A stretch of DNA of 64,000 nucleotides from an uncultured Candidatus Saccharibacteria bacterium (GTDB lineage: Bacteria; Patescibacteriota; Dojkabacteria; J137): positions 224,585-288,584 of the forward strand of contig CAZSKK010000002.1 of NCBI GenBank assembly GCA_964607415.1, read 5' to 3'. Both the position numbers and the translations under genes were made by a program. Numbering within the stretch: the first letter of the stretch is position 1; each line of letters opens with the position of its first letter. Of this stretch, positions 51,022 to 60,218 are shown piece by piece. The notes beneath the pieces were generated by a model, which worked only from the letters and a program-made list of their open reading frames with translations, was not told the origin of the DNA and did no database searches.

Positions 51022-51562
51022 TCTCTATAAACTTAAGTATATCATTGTTTGTTAATAATCTTGTGTCTGAACATTGATTAATTAGTGCGTAACTTGGTTT
51101 ATAGCCAAACCCAACATATTCTATGTGTTTACCGAGCTTTTGAGCCTTTTTTATTGCCGGAATCAAGTCTGTATCGGAAGAAATAATTAGTGCTATGTCA
51201 TAAAGATCTTCATATGCACCAGCTAGAATATCTACAGCAAGTTGAACATCCACACCTTTTTCATGGAAGGATCCATTGGAATGCAACATGAATCCTTTTT
51301 TTATAATGAATTGCTGCTTTAAGAGATTACTAAAAAGTCTTTGTTGGTTTGAACGAAGCTTTTGGCCTTTTTTATCACTCACTTCAGCACGAATTGCACC
51401 AACATAATAACCCTTGAATGAGATTTTTTTATTTGAAGGACTTAAAAACTCGCAAAATTTACCGTAATCAAAGCTGGTTAAATTCAGGCTTTCTGACGTT
51501 ACATTTCTCAATTTATGGTACAAATTGCTACCATCGATGTAAATTGCTACTCTTTCTTCCAT
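50957..51562 (-). CDS. NYN-domain (LabA/PIN-like) ribonuclease
   Basis: IYIDGSNL, EKGVDV, ISSDTDL.P, G..IE; ATG 51562. Confidence 0.9.
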   Translation of the reverse strand: MEERVAIYIDGSNLYHKLRNVTSESLNLTSFDYGKFCEFLSPSNKKISFKGYYVGAIRAEVSDKKGQKLRSNQQRLFSNLLKQQFIIKKGFMLHSNGSFHEKGVDVQLAVDILAGAYEDLYDIALIISSDTDLIPAIKKAQKLGKHIEYVGFGYKPSYALINQCSDTRLLTNNDILKFIENEAEFKSKPKRKVKNHRTSNR

Positions 51563-51650
51563 AATTAAAAATCCCACCGAGCATTTAGAATAAATCTAAC
51601 TACTGGGTGGGGGGTTTTAGTTAAGATAATTATATCACATTAAACCGTGT

Positions 51651-52835
51651 TTAAGAAACAAGTCCTGTAATAAACTCTTCATACTTTGGATATATTGATT
51701 CCCAGGTGTAATTCTTTATTAATTTTAAATTTTCTTCAATCATACTTAATCGTAAATCTTTATCTTTTAGAACAATTTTCAAAATCTCTACAAGTTTATC
51801 TATATCCCAATAATCAAAAGTATACCCATTAACACCTTCCTTAATTAACGTTGAACTAATTTCATTTTGCTTGGAAGACAAAATTACATTTCCCTTTGCC
51901 ATTGCTTCCATTAATGCAATTCCTGATGCTTCCCACTGACTTGGTAGAATATTAATTTGAGAATGTTTATAAAGTGCATCATCTCTTTGCTCATCTGATG
52001 GCGAAAATATGAAAGACACTTCTTTTTCTAAGTTAAATTTTGTTACAAGTTTTTTTAAATATTCTGTATGTTCAGTTTGTCTGCCTAATGCCCAGAATTC
52101 AAATTCAGGAATATTTTTATTTTTCTTTTTGATTTCGCCAAGTGCTTCAATTACATACTGCACGCCTTTATACCTTGCAAATCTCCCCAAAAAACTGATT
52201 ACAACTTTACCATCAATTTTTGGTTGATAAATTTTAGATTCAATATAGCTTTTATCAATTCCGTTTGGAAACACAATGATTTTATCTTTAGGAATTTTGT
52301 ATTCAGAAGTCATCCAGTTATGTTGTTCTTCGTTTACTGCAATTACATAATCGTAAAGCCATGGAAGAATTACTTGTAAGACCATCGTATAATATTTTTT
52401 TGCCATTCCCCTAAAACCAGTTGAGTCGTTTAAAGCCATAAAGGGCCCGTGAGGAGTACATACAAATTTTGTACTCGGACTGACTAATTTTTTTATACAT
52501 AAACACATCTCTCTCCAAATAAACCCAATTCCTGATGTGTGAATTACATCAAATTTATTGCTTAAAAGAGAAGGTAATAACATTGGATAAAAGCCCATGT
52601 ATAATTCTTCGTTGATTGCCCAGTTTCTAATTATTTTCATTCCATCAATCGTTTCGCGATAAGGAGGAAGTTCATCTCTAAACTTAATATTTGCAGTTAA
52701 AACTGTAACATCAAATTTGTCTGATTTAGCTGCACGCGAAGCAAATGCAAACATGTTAGATTCAGCACCACCTTTAAAAGGATGGAAGCGCTGGATTACA
52801 TAACCGATTTTAATTTTTTCAGATTTCTTTGCCAT
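51651..52835 (-). CDS. Glycosyltransferase family 4
   Basis: GGAE, PNGID, GRFARYKG, EASGIALMEAMA. Confidence 0.92.
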   Translation of the reverse strand: MAKKSEKIKIGYVIQRFHPFKGGAESNMFAFASRAAKSDKFDVTVLTANIKFRDELPPYRETIDGMKIIRNWAINEELYMGFYPMLLPSLLSNKFDVIHTSGIGFIWREMCLCIKKLVSPSTKFVCTPHGPFMALNDSTGFRGMAKKYYTMVLQVILPWLYDYVIAVNEEQHNWMTSEYKIPKDKIIVFPNGIDKSYIESKIYQPKIDGKVVISFLGRFARYKGVQYVIEALGEIKKKNKNIPEFEFWALGRQTEHTEYLKKLVTKFNLEKEVSFIFSPSDEQRDDALYKHSQINILPSQWEASGIALMEAMAKGNVILSSKQNEISSTLIKEGVNGYTFDYWDIDKLVEILKIVLKDKDLRLSMIEENLKLIKNYTWESIYPKYEEFITGLVS

Positions 52836-52984
52836 AAATTTAGATGATTATATCATTCATTGACTACTTATTTTTAACATCAAAGTCTCAAAGATCAAAA
52901 TAATAATAAAATTCAAATAGAAAGTTTTTAGTTTTAGATTTGTTAACTGGATATTATTTTGAGAACTTTGATGTTTGTTATTAT

Positions 52985-53851
52985 TTACTCTTTCAAAAAG
53001 GTAACAAAGTTCTCAAAAATCTGCCTGACATTGGCTGGCTCATTTCGTTCTCCTCTCTTTCCATCAGGAGCTAGAAACGGACAGTCAGTTTCAAAGAATA
53101 TTCCAGCTTTATAAAAATCCATTGGTGAATAATCTTTGATTTTCTTTCCTAAAATCTTTTTGTAAATCCCTCTTAGTTCATACGCATTTTTGAAAGTTAT
53201 TATTCCATTTACCCCTAACCCACAACCTCGATCAATAATTTCTTTGGCAGTTTTGTAATCTCCAGTGTAGGAATGAAAAATTCCTAACACACCTCTAAAA
53301 GATTTCATAACTTTTAAACATTGTTCTTCTGCTCCCCTTGAGTGGATAGACAATGGCAATTTGTGTTCTTTTGCAAGATCAATATGCATTTCAAAAAGTT
53401 TTTGTTGATCTTTTTTTATCTTGTTGAACTGGGCTTTATCAATTTCACCACTATCAAGTTTTTCTTTAATCCAATAGAAATCCATGCCGGTCTCACCTAT
53501 GCCTTTGATTAAATCTTTATTGTTTAAAATAATTGCATTCAAATATTCGGCTTTTGTTTCTACCCAATTTTTATCAAAAGTCTCGGTTAAAGTAAGACTT
53601 GAACCAGGAATTAAAACTTCAGGATCAATCCCGATAAACGAATAAACTACTCCTGGATTATTTCGTGCAATATCAATTGATAGTTGACTGGAAGAAATAT
53701 CTGTTCCAATATCAAAAATCATTTTTACATCATTTTTTAAAGCTCTTTCTATAACCTGATCTCGATCCAGGTCAAAGTTACGTGAATTAATATGGGCATG
53801 TGAATCAAAAATTAAGTTATCAGAAAAAAAACCGCTGATATGAGATGCCAT
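52985..53851 (-). CDS. tatD: TatD family nuclease
   Basis: DSHAH, IGETGMDF, HSR, HSYTG, ETDCPFL, NEP. Confidence 0.92.
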   Translation of the reverse strand: MASHISGFFSDNLIFDSHAHINSRNFDLDRDQVIERALKNDVKMIFDIGTDISSSQLSIDIARNNPGVVYSFIGIDPEVLIPGSSLTLTETFDKNWVETKAEYLNAIILNNKDLIKGIGETGMDFYWIKEKLDSGEIDKAQFNKIKKDQQKLFEMHIDLAKEHKLPLSIHSRGAEEQCLKVMKSFRGVLGIFHSYTGDYKTAKEIIDRGCGLGVNGIITFKNAYELRGIYKKILGKKIKDYSPMDFYKAGIFFETDCPFLAPDGKRGERNEPANVRQIFENFVTFLKE

Positions 53852-54090
53852 ATTATTAAGAAAGTTAATTAAATAACCAATTGTATCAGTAATTTAAGCA
53901 TATTTAAAATCGAAACTTATTGCAAGCAAGAGTTAATAAGTTAACATTTATATTAAGCCATGTGATTTCAATATGTTGTGAGCTAAACGAAATACTTCTT
54001 TTAGCTTTATTGAAGAACTTTAAAATTAAATTGCTTTAAATGTGATCTTTTGTTAAAATTTACCACGATTTACTAGATTTAAATTAATTT

Positions 54091-54345
54091 ATGGCAAATA
54101 CATCTTCCGCAAAAAAGGCAATCAGAGTATCTGAAAGAAAAGCAGTTGTTAACAAAAGGCTTAAAGTTGCTTACAAATCAGCAAGAAAGGATTTTGTTAA
54201 GGCAGTAAAAGAAAATGATACAAAAAAAGCCAAGGAACTTCTTACGGCTGTATACAAAAAAATAGATAAAGCTGTCAAAGGCAATGTTATCCATGCAAAT
54301 ACAGGTGCAAGATACAAGTCAGCAATGGCTAAAATGTTAAAGTAG
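54091..54345 (+). CDS. rpsT: 30S ribosomal protein S20
   Basis: MANTSSAKKAIR...IDKAVKGNVIHANTGARYKS. Confidence 0.97.
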   Translation: MANTSSAKKAIRVSERKAVVNKRLKVAYKSARKDFVKAVKENDTKKAKELLTAVYKKIDKAVKGNVIHANTGARYKSAMAKMLK

Positions 54346-54369
54346 GTTTTTCAAAAACCCTCAATCAAA

Positions 54370-54924
54370 ATGTCCAAATCATTTATTAAAATTGTAGATG
54401 CATCTATTCTGCCAGCTAGCCTTATGATTTTAAGTAAGGCTATAGGAATTTTTGTACTTACTAAAATTCTTGATATTCCAATCAGCTTAACGCAATATTC
54501 CGATAACCTTTTTTCGATTGGAGGGCAATCTCTAAGCCTTACAGACGTTAAATTCATAACTTCGTATTCAGATCTGATAATGTATACAGTATTGGCTATT
54601 ATATTCTCTCTTAACATTTTCAGAGCTATTTATCTTCATAATTCACACATTAAGCCAACTTTAGTTACAAAACTTGCGGACAATAATCTTTTAAATTTAA
54701 TTAAAGATTCATACGAGATTTATCATTCTGCAACAGCTTGGCTCGGTTTTACGGTTTTGGCAAATGCTGTTATTTTGGTAAATGTAATAAATGGAGTTAC
54801 TTACTTATGGGTTGGAATTTTGACTGTTATTATCAGTGCTTTGCTTACAGTCCTACTTCTTCAAGATGTTCATAAAGAAATTGAAAATATCAAAAAACAT
54901 CCAGGGCAGTATAATTGGAGCTAA
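54370..54924 (+). CDS. Hypothetical membrane protein
   Basis: About 4 TMs, DASILPA motif. Confidence 0.75.
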   Translation: MSKSFIKIVDASILPASLMILSKAIGIFVLTKILDIPISLTQYSDNLFSIGGQSLSLTDVKFITSYSDLIMYTVLAIIFSLNIFRAIYLHNSHIKPTLVTKLADNNLLNLIKDSYEIYHSATAWLGFTVLANAVILVNVINGVTYLWVGILTVIISALLTVLLLQDVHKEIENIKKHPGQYNWS

Positions 54925-55007
54925 ATAGCTTTCAGCTCTCAGCCTTCGGGTTTTGTGTTTCAGATAGCTAATAGCAGACAGCAGAAAACTCGTGGTATAA
55001 TTAACAA

Positions 55008-55276
55008 AACGTAGAAGGAGCAAAGTACATTTTTAAGGTGACAAAAGAGATTTCGTGTTAGCTGAAAACGAAACGTACTTAAAAATCGAAACTACACTCC
55101 AGAGAAAAGAGCAGAACAGCTAAAGGGCTGTAGAGGTAAAGAGCATGCTCTATCACTCTTAACCTCTATACCTCTAAAGCTCAGTAAACCTCTTCGGGTA
55201 AGCCCGTTATTGCTGTCATCAAGAGTCTAGTATCTTCACTAGAAATTGAGGTGGTACCGCTGAGAAATCAGTCCTC
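55008..55276 (+). ncRNA. T-box riboswitch, Tyr specifier
   Basis: AGTA, AGAGA and GCTGA motifs in stem I; TAC specifier at 55093; CCGTTA; AATTGAGGTGGTACCGC with antiterminator ending in cctc; TGnTATAAT promoter at 54993. Confidence 0.9.
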
Positions 55277-55463
55277 ATAAATATAAATTCGAAATCAAAA
55301 ATCTGAAATTAGAGACACCCTTCGAAAAGCTCAAGGAGGTACATACATACTGTAATTTATGTTTGTTATTTCGTAGTTTCTGATTTAGTATTTATTTAGA
55401 GTTTCGTATTTCTAATTTAGAATTTCATTTTTACTCTTACATTTTTAATTTTAAATTATCACT

Positions 55464-56585
55464 ATGACAACTCAAGAAAAAGTTGAACTAATAAAATCCA
55501 TTGCAAAAAACGGTGGGGAAATAGTTGGCGAAGAAGAACTAGCAAAAATCTTAGATTCAGGCGAAAAACTATACACATACGATGGATTTGAACCGTCTGG
55601 GCAAATGCATATTGCGCAAGGAATTATTAGGGCTATCAACACAAACAAAATGATTGAAGCAGGATTTACTTTTAGAATGTGGGTTGCAGATTGGTTCGGA
55701 TATATTAACAATAAAATGGGTGGTGATTTAGAAAAGATAAAAACTGTTGGAAATTATTTCATTGAAATTTGGAGAGCTTCTGGAATGGATCTTGATAACG
55801 TTGAATTTTTGTGGACTAGCGATTACACGGGAGATACAAATTACTGGTCAACTGTAATGAAAGTTGCAAAAGCGCTAACTTTAAATAGGGCTATAAAAAC
55901 AACTGAAATTATGGGTCGAAGCGAATCTGATAATCTAAGTGCTGCTCAAATAATTTATCCATGTATGCAAATTGCAGATATTTTTTACGTTATGAAGTGT
56001 CAGGTAACTCAACTTGGTTTAGATCAAAGAAAAGCAAACGTGATAGCACGTGAGGTTGGTCCAGAACTTGGTTACTGGAAACCTGTGATTGTAAGTCACG
56101 GAATGTTACAAGGATTGGGTACTCCTCTACCAAAAGATATTGATGCAACAGAACGAGCTATCTCTATGAAAATGAGTAAGTCTAAACCAGATACAGCTAT
56201 ATTTATGACTGATTCAAGGGAAGAAATTCAAAGAAAAATCACAAAAGCGTTTTGCCCTGAGGGTCAAGTAGAAGAAAACCCTGTTTTAGATTACTGTAAG
56301 CAAATTATTTTTGAAGCTAAATGGCTAAAAAGAGAAACTCCTTTACTTACCAATGGAACGTTTGAAGTAAAAAGACCAGAAAAATTTGGGGGTGATATTT
56401 CTTACGGAAGTTATGAAGAACTTGAGAAGGATTATGCCGGAAAAAAATTATTCCCACTTGATTTAAAAAATGCAGTTATTGAATATCTGGATCAATTAGT
56501 GGCTCCAGTTAGATCTCATTTTGAAACTGATCCAAAGGCAAAGGCACTTTTGGAAGAAGTAAAAAGTTATCAGGTAACAAGATAA
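55464..56585 (+). CDS. tyrS: Tyrosyl-tRNA synthetase, archaeal/eukaryal type
   Basis: YDGFEPSGQMHIAQG, ADW..INNKMGGDL, YPCMQ.AD, QLGLDQRK, KMSKS; no bacterial S4 domain. Confidence 0.95.
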   Translation: MTTQEKVELIKSIAKNGGEIVGEEELAKILDSGEKLYTYDGFEPSGQMHIAQGIIRAINTNKMIEAGFTFRMWVADWFGYINNKMGGDLEKIKTVGNYFIEIWRASGMDLDNVEFLWTSDYTGDTNYWSTVMKVAKALTLNRAIKTTEIMGRSESDNLSAAQIIYPCMQIADIFYVMKCQVTQLGLDQRKANVIAREVGPELGYWKPVIVSHGMLQGLGTPLPKDIDATERAISMKMSKSKPDTAIFMTDSREEIQRKITKAFCPEGQVEENPVLDYCKQIIFEAKWLKRETPLLTNGTFEVKRPEKFGGDISYGSYEELEKDYAGKKLFPLDLKNAVIEYLDQLVAPVRSHFETDPKAKALLEEVKSYQVTR

Positions 56586-56604
56586 TTCTAAAAATCAAAA
56601 GTGT

Positions 56605-56640
56605 AGAAAGCGCGGCGTAAAACGTCGCGCTTTCTTTTTT
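56605..56640 (+). terminator. Intrinsic terminator / GTAG-type REP after tyrS
   Basis: gtagaaagcgcggcgt-aaa-acgtcgcgctttct followed by a T-tract. Confidence 0.8.
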
Positions 56641-56703
56641 GTCTATTTGGGTATTTATACTTAAAAGAGTTAAAATGATTTGTTCGCAGTTTTTAGTTTT
56701 TAG

Positions 56704-57843
56704 ATTAATATTACGTTTACACTACTAGAATCTCTTACTTATAAATATTTTGTAAAACAGGTCTTATTCAAATTTGACCCAGAAGCTGTTCACAATCTTT
56801 TCACAAATTTGGGCTTTAAGCTTGGTAAATACAAACTTACAAGAAAATTTACAAAACTTCTTTTTGGTTATTCAAACAAAACTTTAAATACAGAAGTCGC
56901 AGGAATAAAATTTGCAAATCCTATTGGACTTTCTGCAGGTTTTGATTATGAAGGTAAGCTTACAAACACTCTGCCAAACATTTCTTTTGGTTTTGAATCA
57001 ACAGGAACTGTAACTAATCATTTATACGAAGGTAACAAAAAGCCTAGACTTGTAAGATTAAAAAAATCCGAATCATTACTTGTAAACAAAGGATTTAAAA
57101 GCTCTGGAATTAGGCATTTTCTAGAAGAGATCACTTTTAAAGAGAAATCTTTCAATGTTGGAATTTCCATTGGAGCAACAAATTCCGAAGCTACCTCTAC
57201 TCCAGAGACACAAATTCAAGACATAATACAATCGTTTAAATATTTAAATAACCATAAAAAAGCTAAACATTTTGCATATTACGAACTGAATATTTCTTGC
57301 CCAAATGTTCTAGGTTCCGGAAGTTTAGCCACACCAATCTATTTGGAACAAGTACTTTCAGCACTAAATAAAATTAACCTTAAAAAACCTTTGTTTGTAA
57401 AATTTCCTTTAGAAATTGATTGGGAAAAAGCAAAAGAACTAATTCAAATAATGATTGAGCACAAAGTTTCAGCTGTAATTGTTGCTAATCTTCTTAAAAA
57501 TAGAGAAAGTAATAAAATTTCCGATGAAGATAAAGAAAAAATCAAAGACTTAAAAGGCAATTTTTCAGGAAAACCAACTTATGATTTATCAAACGAGTTG
57601 ATTGCAAAAATTTACAAAGAGTTTGGTAATCAAATAAAAATCGTTGGAGTTGGTGGAGTTTTTAATACAAATGACGCTTATGAAAAAATCAAAAATGGGG
57701 CTTCACTTGTGCAGCTAATCACAGGAATGGTTTACAATGGTCCGCAATTAATTAAACAAATCAATAAGGGATTGGTTAAAAGATTAAAGCAGGATAATCT
57801 TCAAAGTATCTCTCAGGCAGTAGGGCTTTATTATAAAGCCTAA
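56704..57843 (+). CDS. pyrD: Quinone-type (class 2) dihydroorotate dehydrogenase; start codon uncertain
   Basis: YK...LF..DPE.VH upstream of the tracked TTG; NPIGLSAGFD, GN.KPR, NISCPN, SGKP, GVGGV, GASLVQL. Confidence 0.88.
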   Translation: MNITFTLLESLTYKYFVKQVLFKFDPEAVHNLFTNLGFKLGKYKLTRKFTKLLFGYSNKTLNTEVAGIKFANPIGLSAGFDYEGKLTNTLPNISFGFESTGTVTNHLYEGNKKPRLVRLKKSESLLVNKGFKSSGIRHFLEEITFKEKSFNVGISIGATNSEATSTPETQIQDIIQSFKYLNNHKKAKHFAYYELNISCPNVLGSGSLATPIYLEQVLSALNKINLKKPLFVKFPLEIDWEKAKELIQIMIEHKVSAVIVANLLKNRESNKISDEDKEKIKDLKGNFSGKPTYDLSNELIAKIYKEFGNQIKIVGVGGVFNTNDAYEKIKNGASLVQLITGMVYNGPQLIKQINKGLVKRLKQDNLQSISQAVGLYYKA

Positions 57844-58445
57844 CCTTCCACGCCATCAGTATTGTAAGGATAATCGGGATCATTGTAAGCTGTTCTTCTA
57901 TCATTAGGAAGAACTCTTCTAACTTCCAATCCAACACTAGTTCCAAGATCAGCGATTTCAGCAAAGTCTAGCCCTCTTGACTGTTCAAATACTTTCGAAT
58001 AGTCAAAATTAGGATTTGTACCCCGTCTTGATAATTCTATAAACGCTTTAATGAATACCCTTTTTTCTTCTAAGCTTATTTGAAGCAGTAAGTTGCCAGT
58101 AGCAGGTGTTACTAAATAATCGATTAGTGATTCCCAGGCAGGAAGTGTCATGTTAAATAGATAGTTTTCAAAAAGTTCGCCTATTGTTTTAAATTTCCCT
58201 TCGCTATCGCGATGAATATCCATAATTGGAAGTTCCACGGATATTCTATCAGTACCTCTATTAGTTCTTTCCACTAGACTTACAACAAAAATAGTTGGCG
58301 CTGTGTTTAAGTATTCACCTTTTAACCTAAACTTGCTTTCTTGATCTGCAAGATCTATATTAATTTGATTTATAGGTCCATCTTCTCCTAGGAAATGGAA
58401 AGGATCTACGTGTGAAGCTTCGTTGGGATTGCTAGCTGAATTCAT
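57840..58445 (-). CDS. Hypothetical protein (ORFan-like)
   Basis: 201-aa ORF; no motif recognised. Confidence 0.65.
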   Translation of the reverse strand: MNSASNPNEASHVDPFHFLGEDGPINQINIDLADQESKFRLKGEYLNTAPTIFVVSLVERTNRGTDRISVELPIMDIHRDSEGKFKTIGELFENYLFNMTLPAWESLIDYLVTPATGNLLLQISLEEKRVFIKAFIELSRRGTNPNFDYSKVFEQSRGLDFAEIADLGTSVGLEVRRVLPNDRRTAYNDPDYPYNTDGVEG

Positions 58446-58568
58446 ATACTAAATTTAATAATTGTCCGATTATAAGATATTTAATTGAAATTGCAAATAA
58501 AATTTTTTAAAAAAGGACTAAAACTTCCATCGGTATTAAATTTTCTCATCAAGTAGTATAATTCACTC

Positions 58569-59603
58569 ATGATTAATGATTTTATAGAACAAAATAAATT
58601 GCCAAGATTTAGAGAAAGTCAGTTTGATGAATTTTTTTATCAAAAAGGAATAGAATCTTTTGATGGAATTAAAACCTGGCCAAAAGAATTAAAAGAGAAA
58701 CTCGTAAAGGAAGTAGAGTTTATGTCTTTAGAACTTGATCGTGAATTTGTTTCTAGTGCAAACGACACAATAAAAGTTCTTTTTAAAAGAAAAGTTGATG
58801 GGCAAAGAATCGAAGCAGTTTTAATGAAACACTCTGACGGTCGAAACACAGTGTGCGTAAGCTGTATGGTTGGATGCCCAGTAAATTGCAAATTTTGCGC
58901 CACTGGAAAAATGGGTTTTGGAGGAAATCTTTCCGCAAAAGAAATAATTGACCAGGTTATGTACTTTCAAAGAATCTTGGTAAAAGAAAATCAAAGAGTT
59001 TCAAATGTTGTTTTTATGGGAATGGGAGAACCAATGTTAAATCTTCCTGAAGTTCAAAAAACTATTGCTATTTTAACTGATCCTAAAAAACTTGGACTTG
59101 GACAAAGAAGAATCACTGTATCAACTTCAGGTTATATTCCGCAGCTTAAAAAGCTTATAGATGATGGCTTTAGGGGAAGAATTGCAATTAGCCTCCATGC
59201 ACCAAATCAGGAGCTTAGGCAAAAAATGATGCCTGTTGCAAAACTCTTTTCCCTTGATAAATTAATCACAACCCTGGACGAATATGTAGAGCTAACAAAC
59301 AAAAGAGTAACTTACGAATACATAATGATTAAAAATGTAAACGATACAATCGATAGTGCTAGAGAGCTTGTGGAATTATTCAAAGATAGACTTCATCATA
59401 TAAACTTAATTCCGTATAATCCAATCAAGGAAGAAGATTTTGAAAGATCTCCAGCCGAAAATCTTAGAGAATTTACAACAATTCTTGCAAATGGTGGAAT
59501 AAATTACACAATTAGGGTAACGATGGGCGATGATGTAAATGCAGCCTGCGGCCAACTTGCGGATAGAGAGAATAAGAAAAATATCAGTAGAAAAATCTCG
59601 TAA
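58569..59603 (+). CDS. rlmN: 23S rRNA m2A2503 radical-SAM methyltransferase RlmN
   Basis: CxxxCxxC, MGMGEP, SLHAP, IPYNP, AACGQL. Confidence 0.93.
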   Translation: MINDFIEQNKLPRFRESQFDEFFYQKGIESFDGIKTWPKELKEKLVKEVEFMSLELDREFVSSANDTIKVLFKRKVDGQRIEAVLMKHSDGRNTVCVSCMVGCPVNCKFCATGKMGFGGNLSAKEIIDQVMYFQRILVKENQRVSNVVFMGMGEPMLNLPEVQKTIAILTDPKKLGLGQRRITVSTSGYIPQLKKLIDDGFRGRIAISLHAPNQELRQKMMPVAKLFSLDKLITTLDEYVELTNKRVTYEYIMIKNVNDTIDSARELVELFKDRLHHINLIPYNPIKEEDFERSPAENLREFTTILANGGINYTIRVTMGDDVNAACGQLADRENKKNISRKIS

Positions 59604-59654
59604 TTTGTATTGGGATACAATGAAATTTTGAAGTAAATTGTGTAAATTCTTCTC

Positions 59655-60218
59655 ATGGGAAATTTGCACACTCATCAAAAAAGGTTTTACGTTGATCAGT
59701 TAGTTTACTTTGTTACAATAAAAACCCTTAATAATTTTCCTTATTTTAAATACAATTTTCTTGCTGATTTATTTATAGCTGAGCTTACACTTTGTCAAGA
59801 GATTAAAAATTTTGAACTTTATGCGTTTAATGTTCTCTACGATCATGTTCATATTTTGTTAAAACCATCCAAAGAATCAAATATTTCGGTAATAATAAAG
59901 TCTCTAAAAGAAAATTTTTCCCGTGATGCGAACAGGATTATTTTAAAAAAGCCAATTGAAGCCGCGGCGTCGACGTCGCGGCTTCACATCGATAAAAATA
60001 TAAATGAAGTGATCAAACAAAAACAGCTTTTTATGCCTAAGTTTGCATGGCAAAAATCATTTCATGATCATTACATTCGGAACTCTAAAGATTTGAAAAC
60101 CCGTTATAATTATACGGTTTTTAATCATTTGAAGCATTCAGAAGATAGGGCTTACACATCAGACTATAAATTTACATCTCTAAATTATTTTGAAATAATT
60201 GACGAAGCGTATTTTTAG
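59655..60218 (+). mobile_element. REP-associated tyrosine transposase (RAYT, Y1 HUH)
   Basis: YFVT, DHVH (HUH), K, WQKSFHDHYIR, catalytic Y...N. Confidence 0.85.

Noticed and set aside
58569-59603. Cfr-type resistance methyltransferase
   Set aside because: Motifs and single-copy housekeeping context fit RlmN; only a phylogeny could overturn this
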